Assembly (NCBI GenBank): GCA_033764315.1
Contig: JANRJA010000147.1
Span: 1 to 13,911, forward strand
Direction: 5' to 3'
DNA length: 13,911 bases
DNA from: Oculatellaceae cyanobacterium bins.114
GTDB lineage: Bacteria; Cyanobacteriota; Cyanobacteriia; Elainellales; Elainellaceae
The translations under genes and the position numbers were made by a program. The stretch's first letter is position 1, and each line of letters begins with the position of its first letter. The notes under the pieces were generated by a model. That model was not told the DNA's origin and searched no databases. It saw only the letters and a program-made list of their open reading frames with translations. Below, piece by piece: positions 1 through 7,486 of the stretch.

Positions 1-67
1 CAGCATACAGTTGGCAATACTCATCGACAAAGCGAATCGTTGGTCGAGCCTCTCTTGACGCAGGCAT
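1..67 (-). CDS. IS701-family transposase, N-terminus only (runs off the left edge)
   Basis: Not in the ORF track. My translation from ATG at 67 gives MPASREARPTIRFVDEYCQLYA..., matching the P-x-R-x-A-x-P-T-[IV]-x-F-V-D-E-Y-C start I recognise in cyanobacterial IS701 transposases. AGGA lies just upstream on the minus strand. Confidence 0.8.
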   Translation of the reverse strand, partial: MPASREARPTIRFVDEYCQLYA

Positions 68-138
68 AGGATTCCTGGCACCCTCTCAAATGGTCTATCC
101 CTATTCTAAATTCCTCTCATTAATGTGACCAAAGAGGG
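1..138 (-). mobile_element. IS701-family insertion sequence, left end with terminal inverted repeat (about 121-138)
   Basis: 121-138 reads TAATGTGACCAAAGAGGG (CCCTCTTTGGTCACATTA on the minus strand), about 55-70 bp upstream of the transposase ATG. It resembles recalled cyanobacterial IS701 ends. The exact boundary is uncertain by a few bp because the partner IR is outside the window. Confidence 0.65.
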
Positions 139-193
139 ATATCGGTATGAGAACAGTGTCAATGCGACCCTTCCCAACCTCCCCTTGCCCAGG

Positions 194-450
194 CTACGGT
201 GTATACACAAATCCTCTTAGCCCCTAATCCCTAATTTTGGGGGACTTTGAGCCTTTGCCAAGGGTCTTGCCCTCACCCAAAACACCCGGACTTGGCACCG
301 ATGCGAAGCGCGTCTTTGGGTGAACCAAAACACTATCTGCTAGGGGGGTTGGGGGAGGCAGTGGCGTCCCCCAATGGGGGTTTGGGGGAGACTCCCCCAA
401 TGCCTGGTTCTCAAACTCATTGAAGAAACAGACATCTATATACACGGTAG
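194..450. mobile_element. MITE (257 bp) with IS4/IS50-like terminal inverted repeats and an 11-bp target-site duplication
   Basis: Left end CTACGGTGTATACACAAAT versus reverse-complemented right end CTACCGTGTATATAGATGT (14/19). Flanks CCTTGCCCAGG (183-193) and CTTTGCCCAGG (451-461) match 10/11. Internal G/C hairpins at 349-374 and 382-400. No credible ORF inside. Confidence 0.8.
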
Positions 451-496
451 CTTTGCCCAGGAGAGGTGTCGAATGGCTGAGCTAACGACGAGGTCT

Positions 497-536
497 GCGG
501 TTTCAACCACCAAAATCTTGATCCTAAATTTTGGGT
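497..536 (-). repeat. Degenerate partial copy of the dispersed GCGGTTTCAACCGC repeat (copy A)
   Basis: GCGGTTTCAACCACCAAAATCTTGATCCTAAATT aligns with 6509-6548 and with the reverse complement of 13817-13855. Confidence 0.75.
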
Positions 537-541
537 GATCT

Positions 542-2854
542 TTAGCGTTGCTTTTGCCGCTGTAACTCTCGCAGTCGTTGCTTTAGGTAAGTTAAATCAG
601 GCGTTTGTTTGCCATAACGCCAACTCACATAAGCTTGAGAGATGTCGTCAATCGCTTGGGCACGAGTTTTGGGTTGATGAGCGTGAACCTGCTGAGAATA
701 TTCCAACGGTGTTTGTGTTGTAGGTTTAGGATACCCCTGAGTGGCTAGGCGATCGAGCATTTGTCGATAGAGGGCTTCCATCGGCGGCAGTTTGCCCAAC
801 CAACGGTGATAACGCCAGCGGTGCCACCCATTCCACAAGAGCCATCCCAAAAAGCCTAGTCCGGTTAGCAATCCTGCCCCCAGCAAAATGCCGACCCAAC
901 TTGTCATAAACGAGGTGACAAAACCAATTGCCCACGAGAGAGCATTGGCAATGCCTTCAAACACCCATGTCAAAAATCCAGTGACGGGAGAAGGCAACCA
1001 CCCAGCCACCCAGTTCCAAAATTGTCGCAGGGCAGTGAAGGTTTGCATCTCCTCAATAGAGGGAGGAATGACGTCATACCCTGGAATGGGATTGAAGGTA
1101 AACCAGCCATATTTGTTGAAATAGGCTTCGACCATCGCAAAAGCATCGCTGTTTCGCACCACATAGAACCCCGTAAAAGCGTTAAACTCTCCGGGACTGA
1201 ACCCAACGACTAAACGGGCAGGAATGCCAATCGATCGCAACATGATCGCCAACACCGTGGAAAAGTGATCGCCATAGCCTCCTGCATACTTAAACAAAAA
1301 CGCCTCAACTAAATCCTCTTTTTCACCCAGAAAGGGCAGATTGGGCTGTATGGTGTAGTTTTGCTTTAGATATTGCGCCAAATAGAGCGTTTTTTCGTAA
1401 GGAGTTGTGACTGGGTTGGGTGCAGCCGCCAAAATTGCATTGGTTTGTTGACGAACTCGGCTAGCGATCGCTTCCGGCACATCCATGTAATAGTCACGAA
1501 TCGGGATGGAATAGCGTTGATCTGAGTTACGCAACAAGGTGCGATCGCGGTAAGGCACCTCTGACACAACGGTATAGGTCAATCCCTCTGACAGCGGAAC
1601 GGGCGATCGCAGCGACCCTTCAGGGTCGATCCCGACCTGACGGGTTGGGAAGTATAGTTCTTTGGGTTCATATAACGCTGGAATTAAATTCGGCAGATCA
1701 GCAACGATCGTGTAAGACTGCACTACTTCTCTAGTGCGGTTGAGTGTCACAGACCAGGGCAAATTAAACCGCAGTGACCACACCGGACGCTCGATTTTTT
1801 GTACGGCTGTCTCATCGTCATTCCGCGAAACCTCCCATCCTTGCCCGGTATAGCGATCAAACGCCATCACCCGCCAAAATCCTTCGGCTTGCGATCGCAC
1901 TCGCATGACTACTTTGGGTTTCAATTCGCCCCGCAGGTTTTGGTTAATGCGATCGTTAAACCCATAATAAAAATCGCCATCCAGTTCCCCTGGGCCACTC
2001 TCTAACTCTCCTGCTGGCCCCGTCCCTACACCTGTGCCCGATCGCCCCTCACGCACATACCCCGGATTGATAATGTTGCCTGCATCAAACTCACCTTGGA
2101 TATCGATTGGGGCACTTACCGGAAAGGTTCGCAATTGATAACCCGGCAATCGCGGCAAAAACGCAAAGATCAGCAATCCTAAACCAATCGTAATCAGCAA
2201 AAACACACCCAACCGTTTGGGAGCCATGTCCAGTCCACTGCGTTTTAAGCTAGGAGAGGGCAACCCTAAGCGAGAGCGGTAATCCAAAATCAGGACAGGC
2301 ACCGAAATGATGAAAAACAGTAATAGCAACGGTGCAAACACCAGGGTCTGGCTCAACGTGGCTGACACCCCCATGAGAATCAGCCCGATCACCATCGAAT
2401 AGCCCAAGTCTTTGCGACGGGGTAGGTCAAAGCTGTGAAACACCTGAAGCCAAATCAACAGCTCTGCTAGGGCTAAGCGAGTGTCATTAGCGGATGACAG
2501 CAATTTCACAAAAAAAGCTGCCAGCCCAATCAACATTGCGATCGCAATGCAAAACTTGACAGCAATATTTCGTTGACGACGACGATACCAACTCCACACC
2601 GCGCCAATCATGCTGACGGGCACCGCCCAAAGGCTGATCCACAAAGGGTCTGCCACATCTGCGGCGGCAACATCTAAGGCGATGATGCCCACGGCGACAG
2701 CGAGTTGAACCAAAATTCGCAACAGGATTGAATCTTCGATTTCAGGCGGAGGCATCGCGTTCAGCCGCCGCTGCAATTCACTCCATCCAGGAATCGGGAG
2801 CGTTCGCTTCGCAGTTCCCGCAAGGGGCGATCGCCGTTTTGTCGCAGAAGACAT
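542..2854 (-). CDS. TgpA-like membrane transglutaminase-family protein (DUF3488 TM domain + transglutaminase-like core + DUF4129), probably catalytically inactive
   Basis: Multi-TM N-terminus with FDLPRRKDL, then FWRVMAFDRYTG, the core LRSIGIPARLVVGF, a C-terminal TM and a QTPLEY motif. ATG at 2854 is preferred over the TTG at 2866. Confidence 0.88.
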   Translation of the reverse strand: MSSATKRRSPLAGTAKRTLPIPGWSELQRRLNAMPPPEIEDSILLRILVQLAVAVGIIALDVAAADVADPLWISLWAVPVSMIGAVWSWYRRRQRNIAVKFCIAIAMLIGLAAFFVKLLSSANDTRLALAELLIWLQVFHSFDLPRRKDLGYSMVIGLILMGVSATLSQTLVFAPLLLLFFIISVPVLILDYRSRLGLPSPSLKRSGLDMAPKRLGVFLLITIGLGLLIFAFLPRLPGYQLRTFPVSAPIDIQGEFDAGNIINPGYVREGRSGTGVGTGPAGELESGPGELDGDFYYGFNDRINQNLRGELKPKVVMRVRSQAEGFWRVMAFDRYTGQGWEVSRNDDETAVQKIERPVWSLRFNLPWSVTLNRTREVVQSYTIVADLPNLIPALYEPKELYFPTRQVGIDPEGSLRSPVPLSEGLTYTVVSEVPYRDRTLLRNSDQRYSIPIRDYYMDVPEAIASRVRQQTNAILAAAPNPVTTPYEKTLYLAQYLKQNYTIQPNLPFLGEKEDLVEAFLFKYAGGYGDHFSTVLAIMLRSIGIPARLVVGFSPGEFNAFTGFYVVRNSDAFAMVEAYFNKYGWFTFNPIPGYDVIPPSIEEMQTFTALRQFWNWVAGWLPSPVTGFLTWVFEGIANALSWAIGFVTSFMTSWVGILLGAGLLTGLGFLGWLLWNGWHRWRYHRWLGKLPPMEALYRQMLDRLATQGYPKPTTQTPLEYSQQVHAHQPKTRAQAIDDISQAYVSWRYGKQTPDLTYLKQRLRELQRQKQR

Positions 2855-3194
2855 ATTCAGCTTCAAGAGGAGTAATTAATAGAGGGGAAGTGGGAAAGAT
2901 AGAAAACAAGGAATTCCTTTATCTATAGACAATCTGGTTAGAGTGTCATGCGTGATGGGTCAGTTGCACCGCTCAAGCACCCCTGATCCACAGCGATTGA
3001 CCAAAGACTCAAGACTCTAACAAAACGACTCTAGATTTCGGTTCTATCTCCCCCAAAAACTAATCCCCCCTATCCTAGCCGCCACAGAAGCAGAGTGGGA
3101 GGGGTGATATGATGTCTCTAAAAAAATGAGACCTATGAAGTTGTAAATCACGATGTCAAAAATAGGCTCTAAAAACATTGAGCAAAACTACTTA

Positions 3195-4238
3195 TTAGAC
3201 ATCAGATGTAGTTGGATGAACCACAAACACAATGGGGCTTTGCTCTGATCCTGCTAGCCGAATTTCCAACGGATAAACCTGGTTGGGTGCCAGATCAAAC
3301 AGTTCTACACTCAGAGAACCGGGGCTAGAGCGTTCGGCGATCGCCTGTGCTTCTGCGCCTTGAAAACGCAAGCTCCCAGAGCAGGGAAGTTGGCTTTGAA
3401 TGCGGAGTTGCCCAGTTGGAGAAGGATATTCAGCCGTCAACATCAGTGGCCCAGCCGTCGTATCCCACTGACGCTCAGCTCGTGGCTCACTCGGTGAAAC
3501 CGAAAGAGTCAGGGTGTCGATAATTTCACGAGCGGCCAACATCGACAACACCATTTGCTGAGGTTGAGTTGCAGCACTGTAATCGTCAGGAAAGCGGGAT
3601 GCAATTTCGGGCGATCGCAATGGAGAACGAGCCGGAGATGTGAGTACTAGTCCAGCCAGTTGGTTCAACGCTTGAGTATGACCAGGGAACAGCCCCTCAA
3701 CCGCTTGAACTAGCTTGGTGCCCTCTCGCAAAGACGATTGCACTACATCTAAACACCGATCAAATAACTGCGACAGCACGGCTTCCGGCATGGGAATCGG
3801 TACGTTGAGGGTTCGCAGTTGAGTAATCCAGGGAGTCGCAGGAACCAAGTCAGAGGTTGCCCAGTCGGAGGTTTCAGAATCATATTCATAAATCTCCGTC
3901 TCCCACGGGAACAGGGGTGGCTTGCGCTCGATTTCAGAGCGGAGCCGACGCTTTAATAGGGAATGAAAACGGTCTTGCACAGCGGATCTATCTCCTGGGT
4001 AAAAAGATGGAGTTTCTTGAAATGAAAAGCGATTCGATCCCGATGACTCAGTCGTTAGCGCCCTGACTTCTTCGGAATCGAGTAGATCTATTTCATCGAA
4101 TTGCAAATTAGCTGCGTCAAGATCATCCAACTCAGCCCCATAAGCGGGACCTTGCCCTGATGGTGTAACACCTTTAAAGCTGGGATCTTGTAACAGCCAA
4201 GCCAGGAATTTATTAATGGCTTCTGATTCCCTATTCAT
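3195..4238 (-). CDS. patU: PatU, full length (PatU5-like N-terminus fused to PatU3-like C-terminus)
   Basis: 347 aa directly downstream of hetZ with an 8-bp overlap. Motifs FLAWLLQD, AVQDRFHSLLKRRL, PPLFPWETEI and QQMVLSMLAAREII match recalled PatU sequences. Confidence 0.85.
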   Translation of the reverse strand: MNRESEAINKFLAWLLQDPSFKGVTPSGQGPAYGAELDDLDAANLQFDEIDLLDSEEVRALTTESSGSNRFSFQETPSFYPGDRSAVQDRFHSLLKRRLRSEIERKPPLFPWETEIYEYDSETSDWATSDLVPATPWITQLRTLNVPIPMPEAVLSQLFDRCLDVVQSSLREGTKLVQAVEGLFPGHTQALNQLAGLVLTSPARSPLRSPEIASRFPDDYSAATQPQQMVLSMLAAREIIDTLTLSVSPSEPRAERQWDTTAGPLMLTAEYPSPTGQLRIQSQLPCSGSLRFQGAEAQAIAERSSPGSLSVELFDLAPNQVYPLEIRLAGSEQSPIVFVVHPTTSDV

Positions 4239-5373
4239 CGGTTGCTGCCCCTGCTCCGGATACTAAATTATTTCTAATTTCCCAAGCTTGTTCTAATAAT
4301 TTTGACCACTGTTTTTGAACTTGGGTTACTGTGCAACCCAACGCTTGGGCGATCGCTGCCTCTGGCAAGCCTTTGCGCTTGAGATGCAACAATTCTGACT
4401 GTTGTGGATTAATACGAGATTGTAACAATTGCCATTGCTGTGGGGTCAAGCCAAAATTGCGCTCTAAGTCGGCCTCTAGCCACTGGTGCACCAGTTCCCA
4501 GTGATGCGATAGGGCAAAGCGAATCAGGTGATATTTAAACCGTTGCTGCAAATAATCGCGTTGACGAGGGGTCAGCCCTAAAATTGCCTCAATTTCGCTG
4601 GCGGGCAAGTCCTGCAATCGCAATGCAAAATAATCGGCACAATCTTGCTGTTGCCGTTCCTCCAAATACTTCATTAGTTCAGTCACCACTGACAGTCGCA
4701 GTGCATCTTCAGCAGGTTCGGGTTCCTGAGCCACCATTTGCTCGCGCACTTGCTGAACTGGAGCCGTGTTGCGGTTTTGATCCGATTCACCAGCCGATCC
4801 TTCTGCTGCCTGCTCAATGTCAACCGCCGTTTCAGGAGGTTGTTGTTGGGAAAATGTTTGTGCCCGCAAAATAATCAACTGCTGGTTGCGCCGACCCGGT
4901 AATGGAATCCGACGTTTACCATAGCGTTCGGTAAACGCCATATATTCTGCCAGTTCTAACAAACTGCGAGGACGATAGGTTGCGGGCAGTTGGTTTTCTC
5001 GACGAAAGGCATTCAGTGCCTCTATATAAAAGCCTTGCAAGAAGTCTTCAATCAGCGTCAATCGGGCTTGATAGCTAGATTGCACTTGAGGAGGTGTGAT
5101 GTAACGATAAACGACTGCACTGAGAGTGCTGTGTAGCTCGACACGTCCTCGATGAGACCCTAGCTGATAGTATTTAAGGCATTGTTTAAGACGGTGACGA
5201 GCCAGAGTAGTAAGCCAGGTATCAATTTGTCCAGAAGATTGAATGCGCTTACTTTCCGAACAGATGCGGGTCACCTCTGCGGTAATACGAGTTGCAATAT
5301 CCCGACAATGCTGTTCAGAAGCTTGTGTGGATTGCTTGAGTTCGCTGAACAATAGCTTAAAAATCGCCTCCAC
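4231..5373 (-). CDS. hetZ: HetZ-family developmental regulator (helix-turn-helix containing)
   Basis: 380 aa with motifs ESKRIQ, GRVELHSTLSAVVYRYI, LAEYMAFTERYGKRRIPLPG, GLTPRQRDYLQQRFKYH and HHWELVHQWL. The GTG start is forced by an in-frame TAA at 5377-5379. AGGGGGG lies upstream. Confidence 0.92.
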   Translation of the reverse strand: MEAIFKLLFSELKQSTQASEQHCRDIATRITAEVTRICSESKRIQSSGQIDTWLTTLARHRLKQCLKYYQLGSHRGRVELHSTLSAVVYRYITPPQVQSSYQARLTLIEDFLQGFYIEALNAFRRENQLPATYRPRSLLELAEYMAFTERYGKRRIPLPGRRNQQLIILRAQTFSQQQPPETAVDIEQAAEGSAGESDQNRNTAPVQQVREQMVAQEPEPAEDALRLSVVTELMKYLEERQQQDCADYFALRLQDLPASEIEAILGLTPRQRDYLQQRFKYHLIRFALSHHWELVHQWLEADLERNFGLTPQQWQLLQSRINPQQSELLHLKRKGLPEAAIAQALGCTVTQVQKQWSKLLEQAWEIRNNLVSGAGAATDE

Positions 5374-5533
5374 GCCTTAGACGGTTCCCCCCTGATGGTT
5401 CTCGTCGCTACAAAGTTAACATACTAATCTACGATCGCAAGTATTTCGATTGATCTCCCATGCCATGATTTTGTTCTAGGCACTAGAGTTGGGTCTGTTT
5501 TTCTAAAGTTATCGCCGCTACTGGTCTACCCAA

Positions 5534-5601
5534 ACTTTTACAACTGATATCGTTCCATCCTGAGAAACAAGCTCTTATTGCAAAAGGTCATGGTCTAGAC
5601 T
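5534..5601 (-). promoter_or_regulatory. Candidate hetZ promoter: DIF1-like TCAGGA with a possible degenerate HetR site upstream
   Basis: The minus strand reads TCAGGA (5563-5558)-N16-GTAAAAGT, one mismatch from the DIF1 motif TCCGGA. TGGTCTAGACT at 5591-5601 is 8/11 to GGGTCTAGCCC. Confidence 0.3.
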
Positions 5602-5643
5602 GGAGAAAACATCTCCTCAAGAGTACTTTATTTCAGCCCAATC

Positions 5644-6114
5644 ATGGATATTCAACAGCAGATTAAAACCCTGATCGACAACGCCCCTCAGGATGGAACG
5701 ACACCTGCTGCGATTGAGGCGATCGCTCCTGCCTTAAAGCTCATTGCAGAACAACTGAAACACCCTGAGTACTACATTCTGCAAACCCTGGAACAAAATT
5801 GGGTGATGACCACCCTAAGTCATCGCACCCAGCCTGATGTTTCTAAGAATGTGATTTATGCGTTTCCCACCCTTAAGGACGCAACGGCGGCTCCCTATGC
5901 CAAAGATCCGCAGGTCATTTCGATTCCAGTTCCAGTGATTCACATCCTCTTTCAAATGGTAGCAATGCAAACGGTCGATAGCATAGTTTTCTTTGAAATT
6001 TCTGGTAACTCTGGTGCAGGAACTGAGGTAACTCGTCAAGATTTGCAAAATTTGATTCAAGTTCATCTGCAAAAATTGCAGGGAGTTCCTGCTGTTCCAC
6101 CCAATATTGCTTAA
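5644..6114 (+). CDS. Conserved cyanobacterial hypothetical protein, divergent from hetZ
   Basis: 156-aa ORF with ATG start. LIDNAPQDG, HPEYYILQ, VIYAFPTLKDA and PVIHILFQM look like a conserved cyanobacterial family. No function recognised. Confidence 0.85.
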   Translation: MDIQQQIKTLIDNAPQDGTTPAAIEAIAPALKLIAEQLKHPEYYILQTLEQNWVMTTLSHRTQPDVSKNVIYAFPTLKDATAAPYAKDPQVISIPVPVIHILFQMVAMQTVDSIVFFEISGNSGAGTEVTRQDLQNLIQVHLQKLQGVPAVPPNIA

Positions 6115-6134
6115 AAATGGATTGCTTAAGTGAC

Positions 6135-6340
6135 GTTAGTTCAGTTTAAGCAGCCCAGCGAATAAATTCGCGGCTACCAGAGCGAAGTCTGCCTTCGCGG
6201 ACTGGCAAAATTAGGCGTTGCTGAATACAGGTATGATTCGCAGACGTTGATCCTGACAGCAGGGGCGTTTCGCGAAACGCCCTTACGAAATTTATACATT
6301 CGATCAGCGACGCCCAAAATTAAAGGTTTACTGAACTGAC
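6135..6340. repeat. REP-like cyanobacterial repeat, possibly an outer MITE, hosting the 6214-6314 insertion
   Basis: Hairpins GCGAATAAATTCGC (6158-6171) and AGTCTGCCTTCGCGGACT (6185-6203). The ends GTTAGTTCAGT and ACTGAACTGAC are inverted repeats (10/11). No clear TSD. Confidence 0.5.
6214..6314. mobile_element. MITE (101 bp) with a perfect 8-bp target-site duplication
   Basis: TIR GGCGTTGCTGA-N6-GTATGA versus reverse-complemented right end GGCGTCGCTGA-N6-GTATAA. CAAAATTA is duplicated at 6206-6213 and 6315-6322. Central REP-like hairpin GCAGGGGCGTTTCGCGAAACGCCCTTAC (6259-6286). Confidence 0.88.
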
Positions 6341-6403
6341 TCGTATAAAATCCGGCTAGTTACTTACTCATTACTTTCTTACAGGCAAAGGTTTTAGCCT
6401 AGC

Positions 6404-6548
6404 CTTACAACAGGTAAGCAGCCAGATTTCATATCAGGTTGGTTTTGCTCGTATAGCGTTCACGGCTCGACTGAGCATCGCCGAACGTCTGAGCTCACAC
6501 CGAAGATAGCGGTTTCAACCGCCAACATCCTTATCCTGAACTCAGGTT
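6404..6548 (-). repeat. Dispersed repeat/MITE arm (copy B) carrying a 50-bp internal insertion
   Basis: 6404-6450 and 6509-6548 align closely with the reverse complement of 13817-13911. The intervening segment is 58 nt here and 8 nt in the other copy. Confidence 0.88.
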
Positions 6549-6551
6549 ACC

Positions 6552-7346
6552 CTAGACCGGGATGATGTTGATTCGTCCCTGACAACGCAATTGATTGTCC
6601 TCAATCTGGATTGATTGCAAATCTACATCGCTGCCCAAGTCAATCTGAAAGCCCTGTAAATCGCTTAGAGGCAGTCCTCGATTGGCTTGAGGGTGAGGCA
6701 ACCAGCAGGGGCGATCGAGTTGGAGGGTTTGTCCGTTGACGAGTTGCAAGCCTGTGCGAATGGCAATTGGGGTGGCTTGACCGTCAGAAGAGCGTAATTC
6801 GGCAATGAGGGTGAGTTGTTGATTGGCCAAGCGAATCTGGGGGTGGTGTAGCCGTAAAACTCCATCATCAGGTAATGCTTCAGATGTGGGGAGCGATCGC
6901 ACCAACCCAACTAAAAACTCAGTCACCGCTGTTGCTAGCAGAGGGGCTTCTAAAGAGGTGTTGAGATCATCTTGATGCATTACGACTTCTCCCTCAACAG
7001 GTACCACCTCCACTAATCGCAGCGGCTTGCCCCGCAGGACTTGCCCTAGATTGACGCGAATATTCATCCCTGTCAGTTGAATCTGACTCAGGTGTAACCC
7101 CTGGTAGACGGCTCGTTCTGCTGAGATCGAGATTTTGGGAATATAGCCTGACAAGATTTGGCGATCGCCTCCTTCCATCTGACAACGCAGAGTCTCAACC
7201 CGCTCAACTTGCGATCGCAACCAAAACTGCACTGCCGCAGATAGCATCTTGCTAACCCAGTGGCTTTTGGGGGATGGCGTGAGGGCTGAGGTTGGCTGAT
7301 CAGAAACAGGATTTGTAGCGTGGGCAACCTCTGACTCAAAATCCAT
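6552..7346 (-). CDS. DUF2993 (LmeA-like) domain protein
   Basis: 264 aa. WLRSQVE, GGDRQILSGYIP, AVYQGLHL, NIRVNLGQVLRGKPLRL and DLNTSL are typical of cyanobacterial DUF2993 proteins. Confidence 0.85.
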   Translation of the reverse strand: MDFESEVAHATNPVSDQPTSALTPSPKSHWVSKMLSAAVQFWLRSQVERVETLRCQMEGGDRQILSGYIPKISISAERAVYQGLHLSQIQLTGMNIRVNLGQVLRGKPLRLVEVVPVEGEVVMHQDDLNTSLEAPLLATAVTEFLVGLVRSLPTSEALPDDGVLRLHHPQIRLANQQLTLIAELRSSDGQATPIAIRTGLQLVNGQTLQLDRPCWLPHPQANRGLPLSDLQGFQIDLGSDVDLQSIQIEDNQLRCQGRINIIPV

Positions 7347-7486
7347 CTGTTTTACTCACAGTAAAAATACTCATTCATCTCCTTGTACCACAAGACTTTG
7401 AGCTTTTGGCAGCTTTCCTGAAAGCTTATTTTTTTGTCACGTTTTCATAACAAAACTTGATCCCGACCTCGATCCCAAGCCTTGTA

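Noticed and set aside
91..101. TGGTCTATCCC resembles a HetR GGG-N5-CCC site
   Set aside because: It is inside the IS701 left end and imperfect, so most likely chance.
224..445. 73-aa minus-strand ORF
   Set aside because: It lies entirely within the MITE, and its Pro/Gly content derives from G/C hairpins.
2883..2897. AGG GGA AGT GGG AAA encodes RGSGK, resembling the PatS/PatX RGSGR peptide near hetZ
   Set aside because: It is immediately preceded by an in-frame TAG with no start codon, and the last residue is K rather than R.
3063..3108. Possible terminator or hairpin downstream of patU
   Set aside because: The pairing is imperfect with a long loop and no convincing adjacent U-tract.
6359..6382. 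TTAC-rich heptamer-like run resembling STRR repeats
   Set aside because: Too short and degenerate to distinguish from low-complexity sequence.
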